Notes under the pieces: generated by a model | The model's database searches: none | What the model was told of the DNA's origin: nothing | The model's input: the letters and a program-made list of their open reading frames with translations, nothing else | Position numbers and translations under genes: made by a program | In this document: positions 51,841 through 64,000 of the stretch, piece by piece | How the letters are laid out: every line of letters starts with the position of its first letter | How positions within the stretch are numbered: position 1 is the stretch's first letter | Assembly (NCBI GenBank): GCA_951406725.2 | Contig: OX597821.1 | Location: 39,804,001-39,868,000, forward strand | DNA: 64,000 nucleotides | Reading direction: 5' to 3' | Source: Octopus vulgaris | Lineage: Eukaryota

Positions 51841-53019
51841 TTAATATGGTTATTGTTGTGCTACACTAAGATCCTTAATCTTTAGATTTAATTTCCAGCT
51901 TAGATCACTCTTTCCAGCGACTCCTACCCTTATATAATGGAGGGTGGCTATTTATCTCCTCTGTTTTCCAGTTTCTCACTCATATTTTAAATTCTCCTAA
52001 AATGGTATAAAGCCACCCACTCTCCACTAATGCCTCCTCACTCAGACAAAGAGGCCTTCTTCTTAGTCATGCAAGATGCATGACAACCTCACTAGTGCTG
52101 GTGACATGAAAAATGCATTGAATACCCTGTAAACTGGTTGGCATTAGAAAGGGTGTCCAGCCATAAAAACCAAGCTAAAGCAAACATTAGAACTCGGTTC
52201 CTGTCAAATTGTTTGACCGATGCCAAGATGTAAGATGGACATTAAATGATAACGATGTCTGGGTAAAAGTCAAGTACAGCATTGCATTTATTTATTACAG
52301 TGTTGCCATTGTGTGATTAGCTGTGTCACTTTGTGCCATGTTCTTAGAATTAATTGAAATGAGACCCACAAAGTAAAAATTTTGGCCATTGACACAGAAG
52401 GGAACCATGGAAGAGGATTGAACTACCAACTCTTTTACGGGTTGTTTGGCATGGTAGGAATTCACTCACCTCTAGTTATTGTAAATTCAATTTAAAGGAA
52501 CACAAAATCCGTTTCTGTCTCTTTCCAGAGGAAATCTTCCAAGTTTGGAGTGTTTGTCACACATCATTATCAAACTGAATCACGTTCCATGTCATGGTGG
52601 TAGTTATTATAGCTGTTGTTGTTGTTGTTGTTGTTATTAGTATTAATGGTTATCAGTTTTGTTCTTCATGTTAAGCTGTGTTTATATCCAACAGTATTAA
52701 TTAAGGTTACAGTTTGAGGATTTAAGACAATTTATCTTCATATCCAGGGCCTCTCTTCTATACAAGCTCTTTGTAAGCCTAATTTCTGCAGGTGACTTTC
52801 AAATGTTTCTAATTCTATGAATAACGAATTAAATTTAAACTTAGAAACTTTCTTTCTAAGGTAAAGGTTTCAATGTACTTGACCATTAGTTTTCTTTCTG
52901 CTATAAGCACAGGGCCCAAAACTTTATGGGAGGGAACTAACCGATGTAATCATCCTCAATGTTTCACTGCTACTTTATTTTATAAGCCCAAAAGGCAAAG
53001 TTGACCTCTGCTTGTCATC

Positions 53020-53652
53020 CTTTATTGGTTGATGCAAGATCGTTTTCATTGGATTTGAAATTGAACAGCATCTGACGACTGGCACCCATGCCAACCTCCT
53101 TTCATTGGAAACTAAACTCTGCTTGTGAAGACCTGTTGGGCAAGTGAAAACGAAATTGAACCAAATCCTATGACTGGCACCCAGCCGTTGCCAATGCTGC
53201 TGGACTGACTCCTGTGCAGGTGGCAAGTAAAGAAACACCGTTTTGACCCTGTGCTTGAGGAGACCTATTGAGTCAGGTACATCAACATCAAAAATCAATG
53301 GAAATTGTAGTTGTGATCCCTGTGCTGGTGGCACATAAAATGCACCATCCAAACATGGCCGATGCCAGCACTGCCTTGACCGGCTTCCGTGCCAGTGGCA
53401 CATAAGAAGCACCAACTGATCGTGGCCATTTCCAGCCTCACCTGGCATCTGTGCTGGTGGCATGTAAAAAGCACCCACTACACTCACGGAGTGGTTGGCA
53501 TTAGGAAGGGCATCCAGCTGTAGAAACACTGTCAGATCAGACTGGAGCCTGGTGCAGCCTTCTGGCTTCCCAGACCCCGGCCGAACCGTCCAACCCATAC
53601 TAGTATGGAAAACAGACATTAAACGACGACGATGGCGATGATGATGATGATC
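53020..53652 (+). mobile_element. Longest family C copy
   Basis: Shares gtacatcaacatcaaaa..aattgtagttg, the internal repeat units and the 3' end with 25325-25833. Confidence 0.88.
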
Positions 53653-54911
53653 ATAGTATCCAAATGACATTATAACAGTGTTTCAGTGCTTTGGAAGCTT
53701 CCTGTAATATTCTTATTAAGTTTAGAGCTAGACTTGTGATGCTGCTGTATGAATGTGTCTATTTAAGAATAGAAGACTGGACAGAATACACACGAATCAA
53801 CACAAAATGTTGGACATACAAACACAGAAGCGGAGGTTAATAATCAAACTCTAACTGTATATTGTTTCACATATTTATATATGGAAACCAATCTGTGTAT
53901 CTTTTGTTTCCCCTTTTCCTTTTATTCTTCATATGATAGCTTTGATGGCACAGTACCTCAGGAAACAGATGTGATACTTATTTCCTTCCCTGGAGCAGCA
54001 ACAACTTGATTTCAAATATTTACGCAGCAATGTGTAATAAGAATGTCAAAAGTTTACAGTCTGTTGTAAACACATTTAATATACTTTTGTGAATATTATG
54101 TTTGTTTCTGATTCAAAGTGTGTGAGTAAACTTCCAGTACAAGGGAATGTGACACTGTAGTATCTAAGACAGATAATTCCTTGAGGCAAGCTGTTTTCAA
54201 AAAATATATTTAATGAAATGATATTATAGGTAAAAATATAAATAAAAGTTACTACATTTGCCCTTTTCAATGAAACTCGGAAATATTTAAAGACAAAAAG
54301 AAAGAAAGAAAGAAAAAAACAGAGATCACACTTGAGGAAAATCTGCAAAAGGTCAGGATTCTAAATTTTCAAATGAAATTGGAGCTTAAGCACCTTATTG
54401 AAAGAGTTGTTGATTCTTACAGCTTGGTGAATTCAGACTTAGAGAGATATCCATTGACAACATATAAATGCCTATTTGTTTTTCTTTTCCTCATGAAATA
54501 CACTTCAACCAAACATATGCAGAAATGGTAAAGTCATGAAAATTTCATAACAAGTCTCTTCCACCAGTTTTCAAGATCAAACAAACTAGATGTGTATAAC
54601 AATCTTTCTAATACTAAAATCCAAAGCATGTTTGTTTGTGTGTTCCATGATTTTACCAAAAACAGTCCATTTAGCCAATAAAATGTTTCATCTAATGTAC
54701 TTTCGACACACAGGATTTTTTTCTTTTTTTTACTTAAAATGATTTCCAGAATATCTCTGAACCCTGGAATCCTCAAAGTATAAAGGAATTTTGTTCCTTA
54801 TTTAATGAACATGGAAAAATAATTGCTGTCCATTCATGAAAGAAAGAGAAAAATGTAATGTGCACGTGTACAATAAACACAGATTTAAATGTGAAAGCAG
54901 GCACTCACCTG

Positions 54912-54945
<34 letters not shown>

Positions 54946-54972
54946 AGTATTATCAAATACTTAGACAAGCCA

Positions 54973-55020
<48 letters not shown>

Positions 55021-55021
<1 letters not shown>

Positions 55022-55210
55022 GGGGAGAGTTCACAAAAAAAACAAAAGACGAAGACAGGTGGTGTATAAAACAAACAGAGGTATTAGTATAACGCTCAGG
55101 AAATTGAAAAAGTCTTTTACGTTTCGAGTCTACGCTCTTCTACAGAAAGGGACACAGAAAAAAACAAGGAGACAAAATTAAAATGCATGTAGTGGTTACT
55201 GATCTATCAT
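55021..55210 (-). mobile_element. Short PLE-like element abutting (TA)n, second copy of the 8160 family
   Basis: Colinear with 8160-8342 over about 185 bp. Confidence 0.7.
55114..55149 (-). ncRNA. Minimal hammerhead variant with U at position 6
   Basis: Minus strand CTTT-CTGTAGA-A-GAGC(gtag)ACTC-GAA-ACGT-A-AAAG. Confidence 0.55.
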
Positions 55211-56134
55211 AATACTAACACACATACATATCTAATAGGGAATCTACCCTTACAAAGATACAACTAAAACTGGCATTCAAACACAGATGTTTATAAGACA
55301 CATAAATAATAGGCAACATTCACCCTTCTTCACATGCTCCCAACTAAAAGAAAATATTGGGCTTACGCAAACCGATGCTGAGAGGAACACAAACGCAACA
55401 ATTGATAAGATACACCAACATATAAAACACAGCTTTTTGTATATTAACACCTGAGTGAATAAGCTGAGCATTCATGAACACATAATCATAAATCTTATTT
55501 CTTGTATAAATGAATGTTATATTTTGACTAGAAGTAATGTGAATGCATTGTTTCTGCTCATATTATATAAAGATATTAAATAAATTTCATAGGTTTGTGT
55601 TTTTTATATATTTGAAGTAATATGGTATGCTTATTTATTTTTTTCTTCTCTATTTCAGTTTTGTCATTTCCAGTTTTATATTTCCATCCCATTTGCATTT
55701 TCCTTTCACTTTCTTTTGCTCATTAAAACAAGACTTGACTGTCTATCTTCTTCAAAGTATTAACACTATTAAAACATAATATTATTGCATAATAATATTA
55801 TTGCTGGTGTTTGTATGTGTGTCTACATCTACAACTGCTTCTTATCTGATGCGCTAATTACTAAGTAGACAGCATTTTGTGAATGAACGCTTGCAATGAG
55901 TTGTACTTTATCAGTTCATTGACAGGAAAACAAATTTTGAAGACTAACATGGAAAACAAAAAAGCAATAAACTTTGGAGTGAGAGAGAGATGAATTATGA
56001 CTGTGTGCTTGTGTATATATATAACTATGTGTGTGTGTGTATGTATATGTATATATACATATGTGTATGTATATGTATATACATATGTGTATGTATATGT
56101 ATATATACATACACAAACACATAATCTTTGTATA

Positions 56135-56336
56135 ATCTACAAACACAAGGGAGACCGTGCAGAGTGCAGTAATAGTAGGGAAGTCTCCCTTATGGATAAT
56201 GTTGGCAAGAACCTCTGATGTCTTCTATTTCATGTTGCCAACTTGATTATACCTGAGTCCCAGTGTGGATTTCAACCTGAAAGAAGCACTTCTGACATGA
56301 TATTTGTGGTTAATCTTCTTGAAAAGTGTCATGAAC

Positions 56337-56384
<48 letters not shown>

Positions 56385-57800
56385 TATGTTACACCTACAT
56401 CGATCTAACAAAGCAGTTTGATACTGTCATCATGTGTATTCTTGCTTCAAAAGGTTTGGCTTTCCACCAACATTGCTTTTGATCCTCCACAAGTTTTGCG
56501 ATGGTATGCAGGTAAGAGTGACACTTAGCAGTGAAGTCTCAGAACCCTTTGATGTCCAGGTGGGGATAAAAGACAGCTGAGTACATGCCCCTGTACTGTT
56601 TAACAATTGCCTGGTGACTGTAACCTTTCTTTACTGGAGACAGCTCACCGAAGCAGACAGAATTCATATCAGGTACTGCTACAATGGCAGCATCTTTAAC
56701 ACTGACCACCTGAAATCCACATCAAAATTCCTCTCAGCTTCTGTGTATGAGATTCAATATGCTGACAATTCAGGTACAGCTTCTCATACCTCTTACATAC
56801 TTGTACTTGTGATGGCGTTCACCCAGAGCGGGTTGAACTGGCTTCTTCTGATTCATAGAAGAAATTTCGTGGGAATATTGAATTCACAAGCGATTCCCAA
56901 CATCCCGCATGCATATCCCGAGTGACAGGACGCCTATTTGCCGCGGAGTCTCCACAGACGCAGGGACAGAACGACCTCAAAGCCACTGGTTGCTGATCAG
57001 GTGCCTCTTGGAATTTTCACCAGATCCCCGTTGGCCAGGCTGCGGCCCTAATACCACTCGGTGCCAGACCAATCCACCTTTGGTGACCCTACCAGGAACC
57101 GAAGTTCCCGACGGCTTAGCTCTGACACTGCCCGTTTACACCTCTTTCAATGAATGGTGCCTATCCTTGACTTGGTTTTGGAGGGAATTATCGAAAATCA
57201 ACCTTCCCATACTCACCTCCCCCTAAGCCTGTACTTATTGAGATGGTGCTCCTCTGCTGCAGGTGAACTCATTCTTCTGTCTTGGAAACACAATCTCCTT
57301 GATGAAGAGATACTCGGTCGGATCAGCTTGGCCTCTGCATCTTTTAGGTAACTCAAAGAATGAGTCTTTCAGAATGAGAACCTCAGAGCAAAGCACAAAA
57401 TCTCCATTTATCAAGTTCTGTATCCACTGTCCTGTTGTATGGGTCTGAGTGCTGGACCCTTTATTGGTGCCAGATCAGAAAACTGTTCTTGCATCCTTCA
57501 TTGTCTTCTCCACTAAATTGGTGGTTTGGATGCTGAGTAATTGGCTCCCAAAGACGATCCTCTTCAGTGAGATCAAGGCTGGATGTAGGCCTCGTGAACG
57601 TCCAAAACTTCCTTTGCACAATCATCACAAGTGGTCTCATTTTATGTGGTGTCCCTCCCAATTGGTAGAAGTCCCAGGCTGTTAATCTTCTGAGCTTGGA
57701 GGACCATGTGTGGTGCTGCAGCAGAGTGCTTTGAAACCAAATGCAGGAAACTGCAAGAAGTGAGGAGAAGATGTTGTCATAAAACCCCTGTTTGGAGTCA
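56135..57800 (+). mobile_element. Decayed RTE-clade LINE with nested insertions
   Basis: KHKGDRAECSNSREVSL, IIPESQCGFQPERSTSDMIF, YIDLTKQFDTV, EIQYADN, LPKTILFSEIKAGCRPRERPKL. Interrupted by (GA)n at 56341-56383 and by an element at 56798-57207. Confidence 0.9.
56798..57207 (-). mobile_element. Young bipartite non-autonomous RTE-like element (5' UTR joined to 3' end)
   Basis: CpG-rich. Minus-strand 3' hairpin gttcaaccc(gctct)gggtgaac followed by a CAAGTA CAAGTA tail, a structured 5' motif at 57061-57128, and a possible TSD catact. Confidence 0.65.
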
Positions 57801-57949
57801 ATTTCAGGACACTCGGTAGCACAGGATCTACTTATTTCATTTTAGCCTTGTCAGCCAAGTCTGTTTCCATGAGAAACAATGTGTTGGAGACTGAGGAGGA
57901 TGGAAGTCATCACTTTTGATGGGCGAGCACACAAACACATAAAGCTAAA

Positions 57950-58096
57950 TTTTGGTAAGTAGCTTGCTTCCCAACCACATAGTTCTGGGTTCATTCCCAC
58001 TGCATGGCACCTTGGGCAAGTGTCTTCTACTATAGCCTTGAGCCGACCAAAGCCTTGTGAGTGGATTTGGTAGACGGAAACTAGAAGAAGCCCGTC

Positions 58097-58146
<50 letters not shown>

Positions 58147-58368
58147 GTGTGTGTGTATATATTTGTGTGTCTGTGCTTGCCCCTCCCTCACTATTGCTTG
58201 ACAACCAATGTTGGTGTGCTTACATCCCCATAACTTAGTGGTTCAGCAAAGGAGACTGATAGAATAAGTACTAGGCTTACAAAGAACAAGTCTTGGGGTC
58301 AGTTTGTTCGACTAAAGTTGGTGCTCCAGCATGGCCACAGTCAAATGACTGAGACATATAAAAGAATA
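57950..58368 (+). mobile_element. SINE family B, slightly 5'-truncated
   Basis: gggttcattcccactgcatggcaccttgggcaagtgtcttc..(TA)n..cagtcaaatgactga. Confidence 0.9.
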
Positions 58369-58448
58369 CAGTGTGTGTGAGTGTAGTGCACAAACACACA
58401 CACAAACATAAGTGTATTTGCATATGTATATCTATGTATCTACCTATC

Positions 58449-58529
<81 letters not shown>

Positions 58530-58533
<4 letters not shown>

Positions 58534-58730
58534 CGTTTTGGGATTTGGTTTGCAAGATTCTTTATATGAGTTCGTGTGTTGAAGAACATTCTGTTGTGCC
58601 TGTGGAGAGTCATTTTCTTTTTGTGCCTTATATTGTAACACACTCACTGGTTAAATTTCTACTTATTTCTTGTTTTTATTTTCCTAAAATTTTCGTTGTG
58701 TCTTGCAACCTTTTCAATAGTCTTGACTCT
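58530..58730 (-). mobile_element. About 200 bp hammerhead-bearing element flanked by (TA)n
   Basis: Complex block between TA tracts, with a hammerhead near its minus-strand 5' end. Confidence 0.6.
58684..58720 (-). ncRNA. Minimal hammerhead variant with U3:A8 core
   Basis: Minus strand CTA-TTGAAAA-G-GTTG(caagaca)CAAC-GAA-AATT-T-TAG. Stems I and II pair and stem III is a palindrome, but stem I has only 3 bp. Confidence 0.55.
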
Positions 58731-58741
58731 ATATATGTATG

Positions 58742-58781
<40 letters not shown>

Positions 58782-58898
58782 AGTGTGTGTGTGTGTATGT
58801 GTGTGTGTGTGTCACATTACAGTTAAGATAAGATCAACAAAAAAGTACTCCGCCATATGAAAAATAAGTATTGTCTAATGTACACAATATACAGTTAT

Positions 58899-58984
58899 GA
58901 GCTACTCATAGTTTCATGCATTGGAGATGTTTTCTAGGCAGGTTTTAATAATACCCCTAGTGTCTCCAAACAATCTTCAGGTTC
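58899..58984 (-). ncRNA. Hammerhead with long interrupted stem II
   Basis: Minus strand GAAC-CTGAAGA-[TTGGAGA/TCTCCAA, CTAGG/CCTAG, GGT/ACC]-GAA-ACT(atg)AGT-A-GCTC. GUA site, with one mismatch in stem I. Confidence 0.6.
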
Positions 58985-59024
58985 TAGGTATAAGACATCC
59001 ATTATCTTCAGGATCATAAAGTCT

Positions 59025-59845
59025 CGCATTAAACTTAGCAAAGACAATGAAAATGGACAAGACTCTCTCTGCGACCATCAGGGAAATGCTCAGTATGTGG
59101 AAAAGGCGTTGAAATTTCATATGCTTTACTCTATGTAGACTTATGGATGCAAAATGGTTGTTGCAGAATCCCAGGTACAAGAGCAATGCATGCTAAGAAT
59201 ATTCCAGAAATAGGTCCTCTGGAAAGCCTGAAAGACACTTAGAAGAAGAAGTTGATAGTTTTTGTTATCAATGTGACTGAATTGATAATAGTAGCGGGAG
59301 TTTTGAAAGTGTAGTTGCCAGGGTAAGAAAGGGTTAGAGCAATATTCAGTGAGCTATCATTACTTTTGGTAACAAAAGGTTCCTTTCTCAGAGGGAAAGG
59401 CTGACTCTATAAAGCTTGTGCTTGGAGTGTGTTGTTGCAATGCAATCAGCTGTGAATGCAGAAGCATTGCAAAGACTAGAAATAAATAGAACAAGTGTGC
59501 TGTACCAGATGTGTAATGTTGGTGTGAACAAACAACAGAACATAAATGAAGTGAGAGAAAAATAAGGCATTAGAAGAATCAGGTGTAATATGCAGAGAAA
59601 GGACTGCATTGCTATAGGCATGTGATGTATACAGATGATTACAGGTGTGTAAAAGAAGTGAGGAGAGCTCAAAGTAGAAGGAAATTATAGAGGAAGGAGA
59701 CCCTGCAAAACACAGGATGAAGGAGAGAAAACTACTCTAATGATGTTGATATACATGGAGGGATTGGCAAAGAATTGAGATGAGTGATGACATGTAGTGC
59801 TGGGAAAGACCTGCCCACTCATGGCAAAATAAATGTTAAACGATG
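59025..59845 (+). mobile_element. Decayed RTE-clade LINE 3' fragment (same group as 880-1973)
   Basis: CSVCGKGV..LCRLW, EEVDSFCY, KG*LYKAC, LHCYRHV and GRRPCK remnants, ending gttaaacgatg. Confidence 0.82.
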
Positions 59846-60211
59846 GCTCTAATGAATATGTGTATGTATGTGTGTGCCTGCGTGTGTGTGTGTATGTGTG
59901 TATGTGTGTGTGTGTGTTTACCTGCACACATTTGAGCCTCACACCTAGCAGTTCCTTGCTACATTTGCTATCTTCCAGATCCCCGATGCCTTTCCATCTC
60001 ACCATCACTCTCTCTCTCTCTTTCTCTCTTTCCTTTATCTCCTTCTCACTCCAACTACACTCCTTTCACCATCTCATTCTTAAAAGCTTCACTTGCTTCC
60101 TTTCTAATTCCTCTTGTCTCATCACTCTTCTGTTCAACTTCTCTCCTACGTTACCCTAAGTGGGCAAACACTTCATAGAGTCAAAAAAACTCTGTGATAG
60201 TGGGGAGGGGA

Positions 60212-60214
60212 TGT

Positions 60215-60273
<59 letters not shown>
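60212..60273. repeat. (TG)n microsatellite
   Basis: Direct reading. Confidence 0.99.
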
Positions 60274-60274
<1 letters not shown>

Positions 60275-60929
60275 CTTGAATCCTGAAGTGCCATACAATC
60301 CTTGTTACCAGCTGCAGGCAGACTAACTCACCCTGTCATTGGGTTCATCCACTCACTCCATCCCATCACTGATATCACTTTGTCCCCCTCTCCCTTCCAC
60401 ACTAATCTCTGAGATTACTCTTCCCCACCTCCTGATTCTATGACTCTCACACAAACACAGTTCCAGCCGTTGTTCTTTTCATGACTATCCTCACAACAAA
60501 AACCTGTTGCACTCATCTTGGGAGCTCTGTTTGGCTTTGCAGACTGCAAGGTAACCTCAACAGTGCTGGTTGCACAAAAATACCCTCAGAATACTTTGTA
60601 AATCATTCGTAATCAATTCAAGCCATGGCAATGCAAAGTGTGAGGAACTTCTTTAGTTTTGCTGATGGCAAAGTGATATCTTTAATGTTGGTCTCATGAG
60701 AAAATGCACCTCATAGACTTTGTAACGTGGTTAATGTTATGGCCAGCTAACAATATAACCCTACCAAAAATGGCACCTTGTAGCACAAAATACTCCCTCA
60801 ATTTCTTGGATCCCATTAAAACATGCAACCCATGCCAGTATAGAAAATGAATGTACAAATGAGTGTGTGTGCTTGCATGCGTGCATATATGTATGTAAAC
60901 AAAAGAGAAGCAATGCATGTGTAAAGGAA

Positions 60930-62965
60930 GAAGTCAGCAATGCCTGTGCAAAGTTTTAAGTCCAATAAGGTTTGGACAACACCTCACAGGCCCTCCCCAC
61001 TCTACTGATGTTATCCAGAGACAAACCCGAGTGACATGTCTGGTGCCAATATGAATTGCAGGCTGAGGGGTGTGGGAGCACCATGATTTCAAGCATAAGC
61101 AAAAGATCCCCTCCCCATTAAATGCCCAACGCCATTCTCTGCAAATCTGGTTTTATATCAGAGTGACCTTCTCCTAGAGACATGCTTCAACAAGAGCCTC
61201 CCTCCCAGTGGTTGCCCAGCATGCTGGAAACCATCCTGGAATTTCTGTGTGCCCATTCTATTGCTAGGCAGTCGTTGAACCAGCACTCGGTTCATCCGGC
61301 ATTTAAACAGGTCTTGTGTTTAGTCTTGCTGGCTTTCTAGCAACCCTCCTCTCCAGGCTAGCCTGATAGAGGTGCCAGTTTAGTCGCTGACAACCTGACC
61401 AAATAACAGTAGCTCTATTATCAGCTGCTGGTAAGTATTCTTCTTACCCACCTGAATAGGTGTCTTGTAAATGATGTTCTATCTGAATCTCAATGTGGTT
61501 TCCAATCTGGAAAAGGAATGATGGATATGATTTTCACAGCAGGAGAAGTGCTATGAGCAGAATATGGGTCTTGTCCAGGTATTCATTGATTTAACGAAGG
61601 CCTTTGATACTGTGAATAGGGCCTTTCTAGGGAAAATACGTGGCAAACTTGGATGTCTGGATCACTTTCTATCTATAATTAAATCATTTCATGATGAGAT
61701 GGAGGCTTTGATCAATGTTAGTGGTGGTATGGCAAGACCCATTTCTGTAGAGAATGGTGTGAAGCAGGGTGAGATCCTTGCCCCCAACTCTCTTGTTTCT
61801 GTACTTTACTGTTACTCTTACTCATGCTTTTGCTGTGGAAACTCTCCTGGGATATATGTCAGGTATTGATCTTCTGGCTGTCTATTTTAACCTGTGTCAA
61901 TTTGCTGCCAATCCAAAAGTTTTGCAGTCTCTTATTTGTGACTTCCTTTTTGCAGATGACTGTGATTTAGTCATTTATACAGTGGATGATATGAAAATAC
62001 TTGTCAATCATATTCTGGCTTCTTGCATGGCATTTGGACTCAGCATTAGCCTGGACAAGACTGTTGTAATGTTCTAATCTGCACCAGGAGATCCATATGT
62101 GGAATCAGCTATCTTGGTTGAAGGAACAATACTGAAAGTGGTTGACAAGTTTGTCCACCTGGGCAACACACTCAGCCATTCTTGCTCCCTGGATGAGGAA
62201 ATATTTCAGGCTGCAGAGAGCAACTGATTCCTTCAGGTCGCCTGAGTCTCATTTCTGGTCCCAATATGGCATTACAAAGCAAACAAAAATTGCTGTGTGT
62301 CATGCATGTATAATGACATTGTTCCTTTACTCATGTGAGACATGGACCCTTTACAAACGTCATGTAAAGGTCCTTCAACACTTCTATCAGAGATGTTGGA
62401 GATACATTCTGAATATTGGCTGGACCTTAAAAACTCCAGACACACAGGTCCTGAAGAACGCCGATATCATGAGTATTGTGGTGATGGTGCACAAACACTG
62501 GTCATGTTGGACTGGACACCTTGTTAGAATGAATGATAGCAGGATCCCTAAACAGATGCTATATAGGGAAATTGTTAGTGGAAAGCGATCCCTGCAGAAG
62601 CCAAGACTGTGATTTAAGGACAGTGTAAAGTCTCCATTAAAGGCCTGTGAAATGTGGGAGGCTGACTGGGAGAGCAATGCTTACCATTGCCATGGATGGA
62701 GGAAACGGGTAAAGGAGGGAGTCGATACCTTTGAAAGAACATACATTCTTTATGAAGAATTTTAGCATGCTTCTCAAAAACACACTGCTAATGTATTGAA
62801 TGGGGAAAGCTTGGTCTGTAATGTTTGCAGTCAGGTATGTTTGTCAAGAGCAGAGCTTGTTAGTCAGCAATGGTGCCGCAAATGTAAAGTATAAGGTAGT
62901 CTTCAGCACACAATGTTCCTAAAGATCAGTAATGGTTTTCCTCACTCGTGAGTTGATGGCCATCA
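60930..62965 (+). mobile_element. Decayed RTE-clade LINE, internally deleted (5' UTR joined to RT, no APE seen)
   Basis: SESQCGF, VFIDLTKAFDTVNR, GVKQGEILAP, DFLFADDC, LYSCETWT, WTGHLVRMNDSRIPKQMLY, and C-terminal CNVCSQVCLS. Confidence 0.92.
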
Positions 62966-63785
62966 TGTATGTATATGCAGAAAACAGGCTGCCAATGAAA
63001 TGTTGTGAGTCAAATAAACAAAATAAGGAATGTTTGTACGTATAATCTATTATGAGAGGAAAATCCAGTTAATTCTGCAAACAATCTTTGTGAAACAGAA
63101 AAACAGATGAGAAATAAAGAGGGGGTGTGCTAGAGTCACATAAAAAAAAAAACCCATCTGAACGTCACTCTGTTTTCTGCACACATATAGTCTATTTGCT
63201 ATCATTTAATGCTATGCCTACACAGTCCCTTGCTTTGTTTGTCACAGCCAAAAGAAAAATATAAACTTGATCTCATTTTTATGTTACCTTGCCTCTGTGC
63301 TTTTCTTCTCTCAGTGGAAAATACTGAATATAATAATTTTCATATGTTGTTATCATGTGTTTAGTAAATTATTCCTGTGTAACAATTGTGTAATAGCTAC
63401 TGATACCAATAAATGATAGCAATTCTGTCATAACATATCAAAATCACCATTACTTCCAGATAAAAGCTGATGAAGGGAGTCTTTTGTTTATGGCCAGTAC
63501 ATTTAGACATTGTTTTCTGTGCTTCATGCATTTCCTTTGTTCTCTGTACTTATTTTCATATGCATTTAACAGGTATATGATATATATATATATACACACA
63601 CACATAAATGATAATAAGGAGTATATATAATACATATATATATATATATATATACATACACATATATATATGTGTATGTGTGTATGTGTATATATATATT
63701 CTATAAATTTTGCTTATTTGAATAATGCTTGCTGGCCACTTTATCATTATTTTTATAGATAATGATAACTCATTCAAATTTCTAA

Positions 63786-63790
<5 letters not shown>

Positions 63791-63850
<60 letters not shown>

Positions 63851-63918
63851 ACATACACACATACACACACGCACACACACACGCACACACAGATACACAC
63901 ACTCACACTCACACACAC
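63791..63918. repeat. (CA)n microsatellite
   Basis: Direct reading. Confidence 0.99.
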
Positions 63919-64000
63919 ATAGATATAAGGATTGATAGATAGGCAGGTAGATGTAAATATAGATATAGATAGATAAATAGGTTGATATATATGTGTGTGT

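Noticed and set aside
52975-53670. 231 aa ORF, the longest in the window
   Set aside because: Antisense reading of the family C repeat. Similar peptides recur at 25376 and 45037.
57130-57207. HDV-like ribozyme at the 5' end of the RTE-like element
   Set aside because: I could not build the nested P1/P2/P3/P1.1 double pseudoknot.

Overview
AT-rich, microsatellite-dense eukaryotic non-coding DNA. The SINE and RTE repeat families resemble those I recall from Octopus (coleoid cephalopod); this is recognition from memory, not a search result. I find no intact host protein-coding gene, tRNA or rRNA, and nearly all supplied ORFs are microsatellite or transposon artefacts. Contents: at least three tRNA-headed SINE families; decayed RTE, CR1/Jockey-like, R4/Dong-like and CRE-like LINE fragments; an internally deleted Mag-like Ty3/gypsy provirus (30209-32957); piggyBac-type TTAA MITEs; and a Penelope-like (PLE) GIY-YIG remnant (about 23.9-24.9 kb). 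The main unexpected signal is a set of unrelated short elements (about 200-470 bp), each carrying a minimal type I hammerhead ribozyme (HHR) fold, usually with a palindromic stem III. Their catalytic cores differ in a compensatory way (C3:G8, G3:C8, U3:A8, plus a family with U at position 6). One of them is a tRNA-promoter SINE fused to an HHR-bearing tail with a 5' inverted copy, a candidate PLE-mobilised SINE or retrozyme. All folds, alignments and boundaries were read by eye, and repeat boundaries are approximate.
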